A stretch of 64,000 bases of DNA. It comes from an uncultured virus (IMG/VR IMGVR_UViG_3300035520_000158). Its lineage: Duplodnaviria; Heunggongvirae; Uroviricota; Caudoviricetes; Crassvirales. The translations under genes were made by a program, and so were the position numbers. Numbering within the stretch: the stretch's first letter is position 1; every line of letters begins with the position of its first letter. The notes under the pieces are model-generated. The model saw only the letters and a list, made by a program, of their open reading frames with translations. It was not told where the DNA came from and searched no databases. Below, piece by piece: positions 21,414 to 28,654 of this stretch. The stretch is from the IMG/VR virus record IMGVR_UViG_3300035520_000158. The stretch is one strand, 5' to 3'.

Positions 21414-21827
21414 TTACACGATAATATCAGTTTTAGGTAGTATTAGATTTGAAGGCTTCTCTTCTATTTCCTCACCCTCAAATACATACAGAATATCCCT
21501 ATCCTGTAGTAGCAAATAATCTACATCATTCATTGTCACAATATCAAATTTATATTGAACTGTGGGTGCATCCTTAATTGTATTATTTTCAAATTTACCC
21601 TCATTGTGTTGCATCACTGCAAATCTCTTAGGATTTATCATTACCTTATCTCCAACTTTAACAGCTGTAACATTAGGTCCAATAGCAACTACTGTTTGAT
21701 ATTCTTTTAATGCACCCTTTTGATTCTTTGTATTTATTACACCATTAATTACCTCATCTTCATTATATCTATTCATTGTAGTAATGATAGAAGTAAATAC
21801 CGGCATTATATTAGTTATCTTTAGCAT
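21414..21827 (-). CDS. GroES-like co-chaperonin
   Basis: QTVVAIGPNVTAVKVGDKV...YLLLQDRDIL match the GroES pattern. Confidence 0.65.
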   Translation of the reverse strand: MLKITNIMPVFTSIITTMNRYNEDEVINGVINTKNQKGALKEYQTVVAIGPNVTAVKVGDKVMINPKRFAVMQHNEGKFENNTIKDAPTVQYKFDIVTMNDVDYLLLQDRDILYVFEGEEIEEKPSNLILPKTDIIV

Positions 21828-22066
21828 ATTCTCTTATGTATTTGTTTTAACTTATCATTATCTAAATAAAGTTTTCCTATAAATGGTATATTAAAACTTA
21901 TATTATAATCCTCCTTTTCAAAATTACTTTTTATAGGAATGTTTTCAATAGTATCTTTAACAAATTTCCAATATGAATTATAGGTTTCTTTTACTAGAGG
22001 TTCAGGTAAGTTTAATTCTTTAGCTACCTTCTTTATTATTTGCTTGTATACCATCTTTATAATCAA
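21821..22066 (-). CDS. IHF/HU-like DNA-binding protein
   Basis: IIKKVAKELNL...FNIPFIGKL. Confidence 0.6.
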   Translation of the reverse strand: MIIKMVYKQIIKKVAKELNLPEPLVKETYNSYWKFVKDTIENIPIKSNFEKEDYNISFNIPFIGKLYLDNDKLKQIHKRIC

Positions 22067-22442
22067 AGTTATTAAATAGTAACAGTAGCTGGAAATTTTT
22101 TTCGTCTTCTCTAATATTAGGAATAAATCTAGGATTTATCCTACCATCCACTATAATTTGTCTTTTTCTAAGCTTAGATAAAAGTACAGTAAAGTAAGAT
22201 AAAGTAATATTACATTCTTGCATTACTTTCTTTCTTGTAACTTCTTCCAAAGTTACTCTATCCAAAATATCTGGATCTTTAATTACTTTACTTAGCTCGT
22301 GTCTATGTTTTAGAAAACAAGCTACTATGTCAATTTCTCTATCAGTTAATTTATGAAAAGGCTTTAAGAACATGACCCAATACTTAAAGAAAGCATCACT
22401 GGTTTTTGAAGGTATTCTTAAAACATTATTAGCCATTTGCAT
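22020..22442 (-). CDS. Putative winged-HTH protein
   Basis: LTDREIDIV...ITLSYFTVLLSKLRKRQII. Confidence 0.45.
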   Translation of the reverse strand: MQMANNVLRIPSKTSDAFFKYWVMFLKPFHKLTDREIDIVACFLKHRHELSKVIKDPDILDRVTLEEVTRKKVMQECNITLSYFTVLLSKLRKRQIIVDGRINPRFIPNIREDEKNFQLLLLFNNFDYKDGIQANNKEGS

Positions 22443-22460
22443 AATATAACTGATTTAAAT

Positions 22461-22742
22461 TTAACTAGGCTTTGATTCTTTAGGCTGTTCCTTAATAGTC
22501 ATCATATCTACAATAGCATTTACTGTAGCCTGAAGGAACTCATTAGGAAACTTATTAGAGTAATCAAGAACCTTAAATAGATAATCTAGTCTCTTAAAAT
22601 AAGTAGAATTACTAATTTCTACAAGCTTATTTCTAAGCTGTGCATTCTGCTCACTAAGTTGATGTGCTGCAACATTAAGCTGCTCATAAGTAAGAGGCTG
22701 CGGCTTAGCCTGCTCCTGATTCTTATTCTCCTTCTCTTCCAT
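22461..22742 (-). CDS. Hypothetical coiled-coil protein
   Basis: 93-aa ORF. Confidence 0.6.
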   Translation of the reverse strand: MEEKENKNQEQAKPQPLTYEQLNVAAHQLSEQNAQLRNKLVEISNSTYFKRLDYLFKVLDYSNKFPNEFLQATVNAIVDMMTIKEQPKESKPS

Positions 22743-22760
22743 AATTTTAAGTTTTAAGAT

Positions 22761-22985
22761 TTAATTTTTATTTATATAGTAATGACCATACTTTGCTTTA
22801 TATAGTTCTTCCCACTCCTTAATGTTGCATTGACCTATTTCAGCAGATCCACAGTCATCACAATATTCTGAATTTCTTATATCTTCTATCTCTCTAATTC
22901 TTAAAGATAAACATTTCTTGCAATAAAATACAGGCTCTTCATTATACTGTTCATGCAGAAAATTTGATATTCCGTAATTGTTCAT
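22761..22985 (-). CDS. Small Zn-ribbon protein
   Basis: YCKKC...YCDDC. Start uncertain. Confidence 0.6.
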   Translation of the reverse strand: MNNYGISNFLHEQYNEEPVFYCKKCLSLRIREIEDIRNSEYCDDCGSAEIGQCNIKEWEELYKAKYGHYYINKN

Positions 22986-23232
22986 AAATCTTCTTTTTAG
23001 AAATGTTTTCACTTCTACCTCTAGTATCCTTTCTATTATTAAAAGGTCTACTAGGAGCCATGTAACCTGTAGAAGTAATATGACCTCTCCTAAAGGCTCT
23101 TCCTACAGATTTAAATCTACATACTGCCCAGAAATATTTTAGGTTAAGTGTTCTTCTATCACTTAGATATTCTCTAAAATCATTTTCAGGCATTACAGGA
23201 ACTTCCTTAACATTAACTCTATTCTCTTCCAT
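22951..23232 (-). CDS. Basic hypothetical protein
   Basis: 93-aa ORF. Confidence 0.55.
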   Translation of the reverse strand: MEENRVNVKEVPVMPENDFREYLSDRRTLNLKYFWAVCRFKSVGRAFRRGHITSTGYMAPSRPFNNRKDTRGRSENISKKKIYEQLRNIKFSA

Positions 23233-23243
23233 TGCTATAAGTT

Positions 23244-23399
23244 TTAATTGTTGTCTTTATAATAAATAAGAATAAAATTCTCTCCTCTATTTATTAAAGT
23301 TACAATATCATCTTTTTGTATCCCTTTTTCATTAGACCAATTAACTATATCTCTAATAGTATTGGCTACTAATGTGGTCATAACTCTTCTGCTTTCCAT
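23244..23399 (-). CDS. Small hypothetical protein (51 aa, not in ORF track)
   Basis: MESRRVMTTLVANTIRDIV...YYKDNN*, fills the gap in the operon. Confidence 0.5.
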   Translation of the reverse strand: MESRRVMTTLVANTIRDIVNWSNEKGIQKDDIVTLINRGENFILIYYKDNN

Positions 23400-23415
23400 A
23401 TTATTATGTTTAATA

Positions 23416-23506
23416 GGTTTCTAAAATGGACTCGAACCATTGCCCAATTTAACATTATAACAACATATAATGTAATTAGCTCTACCAACTGAGACTTATT
23501 AGAAAC
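23416..23506 (-). ncRNA. tRNA-like RNA with an extended, non-canonical anticodon arm
   Basis: Acceptor GTTTCTAA/TTAGAAAC, D arm CTCAGTTGGTAGAG, T arm AATGG-TTCGAGT-CCATT. The anticodon loop is replaced by a further hairpin. Confidence 0.6.
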
Positions 23507-23677
23507 TCAAAAAATTGAGGATTTGATCTTGGTACCTCAACATCCTAAGTAATCACTTAACTTAGACCCCTGTTCACAGCCTACTGTTATTTTATGTACA
23601 CTATTATCAACAGTATTCCTTTAAACTTAACAGGTGTTACTCTCTACATCAGGAATTTGTTTATCAGTAACTTGAGG

Positions 23678-23763
23678 TACTCCAAGTGGGACTCGAACCC
23701 ACACAACCCTTTAAGGTCAAAGGATTTTAAGTCCTTCGTGTATACCAATTTCACCATTGGAGC
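23678..23763 (-). tRNA. tRNA-Leu(TAA)
   Basis: AAGGA-CTTAAAA-TCCTT, long variable arm, TTCGAGT T-loop. Confidence 0.9.
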
Positions 23764-23774
23764 ATTACCCTAAA

Positions 23775-24236
23775 TTAATAGGGTCTTATATCACATAATG
23801 AGAATAAGTATTTGTACTTATTAATATTATGAATAAAAGTTTCACATTCAGATTTAATACCTGAAAACATAGGATCTTCAGCTAATGTACTATAAAACTC
23901 TATAGTATTGACTCTTACACATTCTATAAAGTCTATAGCATTAAGTGCATCACAAGCAATTCCTGATATAGCATTAGGCTGCATTTGTCCTAATATTCCC
24001 ATATATTCTTCAGCTAAACTATCTTGATAATCACTAAGTATTTTCAAGAAAGCATCCAAATACTCATGAATATTCTTCTTAGGAGCTGCCCAATGAAGAT
24101 TCTTACATTTAGTTTTCCAACCTTCAATTTTATTGATAAAACCTATGTAAAATTCTTCTTTTCTATATGCTGGAGTAGTGTCTACAACAGTTTCTTTTAA
24201 ACTGTTTTTAGATACAAAAAAAGGTTCATCAAACAT
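23775..24236 (-). CDS. Ferritin/Dps-like four-helix protein
   Basis: KNLHWAA...IHEYLD...DSLAEEYMG. Confidence 0.6.
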   Translation of the reverse strand: MFDEPFFVSKNSLKETVVDTTPAYRKEEFYIGFINKIEGWKTKCKNLHWAAPKKNIHEYLDAFLKILSDYQDSLAEEYMGILGQMQPNAISGIACDALNAIDFIECVRVNTIEFYSTLAEDPMFSGIKSECETFIHNINKYKYLFSLCDIRPY

Positions 24237-24243
24237 ATTATAG

Positions 24244-24816
24244 TTATTTTACAAAGTCCATAAATATTATTTTATCAGAATCTATATTATTATAAATAGT
24301 TTCTTTATTATGAAGTTTAGCATATAACCAAGGAAACCAGCTTAACCATAAATTACCTTTAGAATTATTAGATGAATACTCATCTTTTTTATCTATGTCA
24401 AATTTAAAGTTATATAACTTTGCCCAATCATATTTTCTAATTCCTCCAAAGAATTGTATGTTTTTACAAACCTCTTGAATATCACTACAAAGTTTTATAA
24501 AAGCAGTTTCTTTTAAAGGAAACTTTTCTAAATCTTTTTTACTATTCTCTAATATAATTCTTACATAGCATTTTTCATTATGTGCATTTAAATCTAAGAA
24601 TACTTTGTAAGGACACATATTATACTTCATTAGTCCATGACAAAAATAAGGGTTTAAAAAATTATCAAAACCTATTCTTAAATCAAATACTCTTATACCC
24701 AAATCCCATTGCTCCTGTAGAGTAAGAGATTGACATTTTGCTATAAAATTAAATGGCTTCATGTACCAATGATAAGGTTCCAAGTAAGTCATTGTATTAT
24801 GAGAAGCTATTTCCAT
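24244..24816 (-). CDS. PI-PLC X-domain-like phosphodiesterase
   Basis: IASHNT, CQSLTLQEQWDLGIRVFDLRI, FCHG. Confidence 0.7.
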   Translation of the reverse strand: MEIASHNTMTYLEPYHWYMKPFNFIAKCQSLTLQEQWDLGIRVFDLRIGFDNFLNPYFCHGLMKYNMCPYKVFLDLNAHNEKCYVRIILENSKKDLEKFPLKETAFIKLCSDIQEVCKNIQFFGGIRKYDWAKLYNFKFDIDKKDEYSSNNSKGNLWLSWFPWLYAKLHNKETIYNNIDSDKIIFMDFVK

Positions 24817-24838
24817 AATATAGTAATCTTTATATTAT

Positions 24839-24913
24839 GTACCCTATAAGAGATTCGAACTCTTAAAACCTAGATCCTAAGTCTAGTGTGTCTACCTTTC
24901 CACCAATAGGGTA
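24839..24913 (-). tRNA. tRNA-Leu(TAG), short variable loop
   Basis: CTAGA-CTTAGGA-TCTAG; T arm AAGAG-TTCGAAT-CTCTT. Confidence 0.75.
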
Positions 24914-24931
24914 TTTATAATTTTAAAATAG

Positions 24932-24990
24932 CGGAGATAACAGGATTCGAACCTGTAAAGCTGTTGTTTTCCCTATTAAACTATACCTCC
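24932..24990 (-). ncRNA. Anticodon-less tRNA-like RNA (59 nt)
   Basis: Acceptor GGAGGTA/TATCTCC, D arm, T arm ACAGG-TTCGAAT-CCTGT. No anticodon arm. Confidence 0.65.
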
Positions 24991-25135
24991 TAAATGTTGT
25001 TGTTCTCTTAGCCAACATTCTAAAAACTAATATCAGATACGCTGATACTTACTGATCACCTTATACCTAGGAAAAAGTGTATATAAGCAAGGAGTTACGT
25101 TGTAAACTTTATCTAGAAAAGCTTAACATCCAATG

Positions 25136-25207
25136 AGCCAAACAAGGGATTTGAACCCTCAACCTTCTCCTTACAGGGGAGTTGCTCTACCATTGAGCTA
25201 ATCTGGC
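25136..25207 (-). tRNA. tRNA-Thr(TGT)
   Basis: CTCC-CCTGTAA-GGAG (C at position 33); acceptor GCCAGAT/GTTTGGC. Confidence 0.75.
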
Positions 25208-25397
25208 AAAATGAGGAACCCTTCCAGCTTTGTTCCTCTGGGGATCTTCTCGTAATCCTTTATCATTATTATATAATAATATGCCTACTATTATATAATT
25301 CAAAAGGTGTTTTCATTACTCTATAGGCATGATCCAATTACAACCTGTGTAAGCCTAACTGGATTATAATAATAACGGATGCCTCCTCTTATAATAG

Positions 25398-25471
25398 TGG
25401 AACCTGTGGGTATCGAACCTCACATCTTAGGATTTTCAGTCCTCCGCATAGACCATCTTTGCTAAGGTTCC
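25398..25471 (-). tRNA. tRNA-Phe(GAA)
   Basis: AGGA-CTGAAAA-TCCT. Confidence 0.85.
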
Positions 25472-25495
25472 TTATTTATAATATAATTTAATAAG

Positions 25496-25583
25496 CGGAA
25501 GAAGCAAGGCTCGAACTTGCAATACACTATTTAATGTATGGTTGTTTAGCAAACAACTGGTTTCACCATTCACCCATTCTTCC
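25496..25583 (-). tRNA. tRNA-Ser(GCT)
   Basis: GTTGT-TTGCTAA-ACAAC, long variable arm, G discriminator. Confidence 0.88.
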
Positions 25584-25596
25584 AAATATAATTTAG

Positions 25597-25670
25597 TGGA
25601 GCTAATGGGAATTGAACCCATGACCTTCTGCTTGCAAAGCAGATATTCTAGCCAACTGAACTATAACCCC
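25597..25670 (-). tRNA. tRNA-Ala(TGC)
   Basis: TCTGC-TTTGCAA-GCAGA; G3.U70 pair present. Confidence 0.9.
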
Positions 25671-25785
25671 TATTCTGAAACCTATTAGCTATATTATTAT
25701 TATGCATCATAATAATATAACCTTAAAGTATTCTTGCATTTAAATGGATTTCAGCGGTCATTTAAAATATACTTTAATTAATTTG

Positions 25786-25858
25786 TTGCGTGGAAAGGAC
25801 TCGAACCTTTAACCTCTAGGTTATGAGCCTAGTTAGCTACCTTTGCTAGCACCACGCT
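25786..25858 (-). tRNA. tRNA-Met(CAT), initiator-like
   Basis: CTAGG-CTCATAA-CCTAG; 1:72 mismatch. Confidence 0.8.
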
Positions 25859-25865
25859 ATATTAG

Positions 25866-25939
25866 CTCCCCAAATAGGACTTGAACCTATAACCTCATGA
25901 TTAACAGTCACGTGCTCTAACCAATTGAGCTATTGAGGA
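25866..25939 (-). tRNA. tRNA-Asn(GTT)
   Basis: CGTGA-CTGTTAA-TCATG. Confidence 0.9.
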
Positions 25940-25944
25940 ATATG

Positions 25945-26018
25945 TAGTCACAATGAGACTTGAACTCATGACCTTTACTTTATAAGAGTACTGCTCTAAC
26001 CTACTGAGCTATGTGACT
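25945..26018 (-). tRNA. tRNA-Ile(TAT)
   Basis: TACT-CTTATAA-AGTA; acceptor AGTCACA/TGTGACT. Confidence 0.82.
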
Positions 26019-26098
26019 AAAAAGTATGTTTTCTTTTACTTCTAAACATACTAAAAAAGAAACTCTATAACCAATTCTAAAAAATATGAAAACAGCAG

Positions 26099-26172
26099 TA
26101 CCTCCATTGGGATTCAAACCCAAGACCCAAGGATTAGAAATCCTTTGCTCTATTCAACTGAGCTATAGAGGC
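26099..26172 (-). tRNA. tRNA-Arg(TCT)
   Basis: AAGGA-TTTCTAA-TCCTT. Confidence 0.88.
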
Positions 26173-26181
26173 ATATATTAG

Positions 26182-26253
26182 TTACCTTATTAGGAGTCGA
26201 ACCTAAGCTTAAAGATCCAAAATCTTTTGTGCTAACCTCTACACCATAAGGCA
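26182..26253 (-). tRNA. tRNA-Gln(TTG)
   Basis: AAAGA-TTTTGGA-TCTTT. Confidence 0.85.
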
Positions 26254-26331
26254 ATCTACAACTATTATCTATTAAATAATATTTCAAAGACCATATTAAA
26301 GATGCTCTAGTAGAGAACAAAGCATATTTAG

Positions 26332-26402
26332 TACCCCTTAACGGTAATGCTCCGTTTTCCCCAAATTAAAAGTTTGGTGCTTCACTTTAAAGCTTAAAGG
26401 GC
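26332..26402 (-). tRNA. tRNA-Lys(TTT) with non-canonical T-loop
   Basis: CCAAA-CTTTTAA-TTTGG; T arm AACGG-AGCATTA-CCGTT. Confidence 0.7.
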
Positions 26403-26421
26403 ATCCTTATTTAAAACACTG

Positions 26422-26453
26422 CAAACATACAACATTATTTTCAAAAATCCAAA
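26422..26453 (-). promoter_or_regulatory. Bacteroidetes sigma-type promoter driving the tRNA cluster
   Basis: TTTG-N20-TATGTTTG, 20 nt upstream of tRNA-Lys. Confidence 0.75.
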
Positions 26454-26514
26454 TATTTTTGCAAATATTTTTCAAAAATCTTTATTATTATTTTATTAGT
26501 ACATTTTTATCATG

Positions 26515-27036
26515 TTATAAATGCAGTTTAAAATTGTCATAACTATTTAAAACATAGTTACCTTTAGGTGTAATTGTTAATTCAGGTAATACTATTCCAC
26601 CTCTATAAGTCATTGTAGCTTGAGGATCTTGATCATTATCTACTACTCCAAACATTGTATAATTAGGATCTTCAAACCCTTTATTAGTAAAATCAAATTG
26701 ATTTAAACTTCTAAATGTTCCTCTACTTGGATGAGTAGGATGACTTTCTAATTTTACTCTGTCATCCATGTGTCCTCTTTCATCTACATTATTAAAACCA
26801 TTTTGTTTAATCCACCATGTAGGTTTAATAAAGTTATATCCATGATTAGGAGGTCCTAAATATTCTTCATTTTTAGTATTATTATATATAGCATTAACTA
26901 AATTACCAGCATTAAAATTACCCCCTTCAGCATACTTATTATATTGTTCCTTTATAGTTTTCAAGCTTGATATTCCATTAGCTAAACTTAATTTCATTAT
27001 ATCAGCTTTTTCTTGCATAGTTAAATCTTTCCACAT
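26515..27036 (-). CDS. Hypothetical protein
   Basis: 173 aa. Helical N-terminal segment ending YNKYAEGG, then GHMDDRVKLESHPTHP. Confidence 0.65.
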   Translation of the reverse strand: MWKDLTMQEKADIMKLSLANGISSLKTIKEQYNKYAEGGNFNAGNLVNAIYNNTKNEEYLGPPNHGYNFIKPTWWIKQNGFNNVDERGHMDDRVKLESHPTHPSRGTFRSLNQFDFTNKGFEDPNYTMFGVVDNDQDPQATMTYRGGIVLPELTITPKGNYVLNSYDNFKLHL

Positions 27037-27040
27037 ATAA

Positions 27041-27300
27041 GTACATAGTTTAGTCCCTGGAGTTTTTACACTCCTTACTTTTTAACTATAAATTTTTGAA
27101 GTACACGTTCTTGGTTATACCCCTAAAGCATGATTCCCTTTGCCTTTTCTCATCTACAATGCTCATGCAATACTTCATATATTATAGCCATTTTTGCAAT
27201 ATCGGCGATAACCTATATCCTACTAGGGATATTACTAAGCCAACTTCTGTCCCATTATTATGATTACCTCGTGGGAGTTATATAGATGTAGATTCTATAT
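27041..27300 (-). ncRNA. Candidate highly structured RNA/leader
   Basis: About nine complementary segment pairs, including two putative pseudoknots, directly downstream of a consensus promoter. Confidence 0.45.
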
Positions 27301-27307
27301 TGCGGTG

Positions 27308-27339
27308 CAAATATAATACATAAAATTAACAAAAGCAAA
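27308..27339 (-). promoter_or_regulatory. Bacteroidetes sigma-type promoter at the start of the left arm
   Basis: TTTG-N20-TATATTTG. Confidence 0.75.
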
Positions 27340-27566
27340 TTTATAAATGAAAATGTTTTAGTAGCTTATCTAAAATCACTAAGAAATTTCTTGATCTAAA
27401 TTTTTTTTTGAAATTTTTTTTGATTCTAATTTTTTATATTTTATTTTTTTTGATTTTGGAATTTTAGTTATAAATGGGGGGGATAATATATACATCACCA
27501 CCACTATACCTTGAGATTTGGGGTACTACCCCCGTTATATGTTCCACCCTTAAAATCAACTTCAAT

Positions 27567-27821
27567 ATGAAAAAGTTAGTTGCCATTCTCGTGTTCATCA
27601 TCCTGTGTTTAATTGCTGCAAATCTCAATTTATGGAAAGAATACCATAAATTAGAAACAGCAAATAACTACATGACATCAGCTATCACAGATGTTATAGA
27701 GTATGATGAAACATTCTACCTAAATGTGATGGTAGAAACAGATTACTGGTGTGACTTCAATGATTTCACCTATGATACATACGGTGTATCAGTAGAGGAA
27801 TATCTTGGAATTGAAGACTAA
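27567..27821 (+). CDS. Small membrane-anchored early protein
   Basis: Likely start MKKLVAILVF at 27567. Paralog of 30373..30657. Confidence 0.6.
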   Translation: MKKLVAILVFIILCLIAANLNLWKEYHKLETANNYMTSAITDVIEYDETFYLNVMVETDYWCDFNDFTYDTYGVSVEEYLGIED

Positions 27822-27858
27822 TAATACCCACAGCTAACAACTGTGGGTATTATCTTTT
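27821..27858 (+). terminator. Hairpin terminator
   Basis: ataatacccacag-ctaacaa-ctgtgggtattat followed by ctttt. Confidence 0.7.
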
Positions 27859-27925
27859 GATGATATTCTAATATTTAAATAACCCCCATTATCATTTGAT
27901 ATTAACAATTTAAAACCATTATATT

Positions 27926-28252
27926 ATGCGTATACAATTATCTCTTACAGGAATGTGTGACACTGTGCTCTATAGAGTTAAGTCATTCTACATTTGTGAG
28001 TGTGAATTATCTATCACATTTAAAAGTAATCATGAATATACCATAAATGGTATTAGTAATGTTTTAAGTGAAGTAGGTATCACTATTGGTAACTTCATCT
28101 TCAAAGGGTTATATTCAGATGATTATACTGAAGATAATCTTGGAATATTGGTTCCTCTAAAGGAAGTTCCTGAAAATGGTGAAACAACAGTTCTATGTAT
28201 GATTCCTGAATGTATCAGGGAGCAGCTCAATGTAGTTGCTATTGACGACTAA
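27926..28252 (+). CDS. Early hypothetical protein
   Basis: 108-aa ORF between a motif copy and a hairpin. Confidence 0.6.
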   Translation: MRIQLSLTGMCDTVLYRVKSFYICECELSITFKSNHEYTINGISNVLSEVGITIGNFIFKGLYSDDYTEDNLGILVPLKEVPENGETTVLCMIPECIREQLNVVAIDD

Positions 28253-28256
28253 CACA

Positions 28257-28290
28257 AAATATACTAAGGAGTAATCCTTAGTATATTTTT
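28257..28290 (+). terminator. Hairpin terminator
   Basis: aaaatatactaagga-gtaa-tccttagtatatttt. Confidence 0.7.
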
Positions 28291-28347
28291 ATTCTAATAT
28301 ATAAATTACTACACTTAAATTTTGATACAATTTAATACTAACATATT

Positions 28348-28566
28348 ATGGATACTCAATTATTTAAAATTGCCTACACTGTTAATCAAGTATGTGATAA
28401 AAATCATAATGAAATCTTATATGAATTAGGTTTCATTGATATTATCACAAGTATTCTTGAAGCATTCTTAGAGTGTGATAACATTCCAGAAGTTTATAAA
28501 ACAACTTATGAGGACTTACTCATACAGTTAGAAATACTTCTAGAATATGAGAACACTCTCAAATAA
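28348..28566 (+). CDS. Early acidic hypothetical protein
   Basis: 72-aa ORF followed by a hairpin at 28566-28600. Confidence 0.55.
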   Translation: MDTQLFKIAYTVNQVCDKNHNEILYELGFIDIITSILEAFLECDNIPEVYKTTYEDLLIQLEILLEYENTLK

Positions 28567-28654
28567 TATAATATACCAAAGATTACTCTTTGGTATATTA
28601 TTTAATGGTATCCTAATATCTACATCACCGTTACATATCTGGGCAATAATCACA

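Noticed and set aside
23530..23677. TPP, SAM-I or cobalamin riboswitch identity
   Set aside because: Only fragmentary matches (CCTGAT, AGGAA); the conserved aptamer cores are absent.
23400..26410. tRNA-associated HDV-like (theta) ribozymes
   Set aside because: I could not build the nested P1/P2/P3/L3 pseudoknot directly 3' of the tRNAs I checked by eye; a descriptor search would be decisive.
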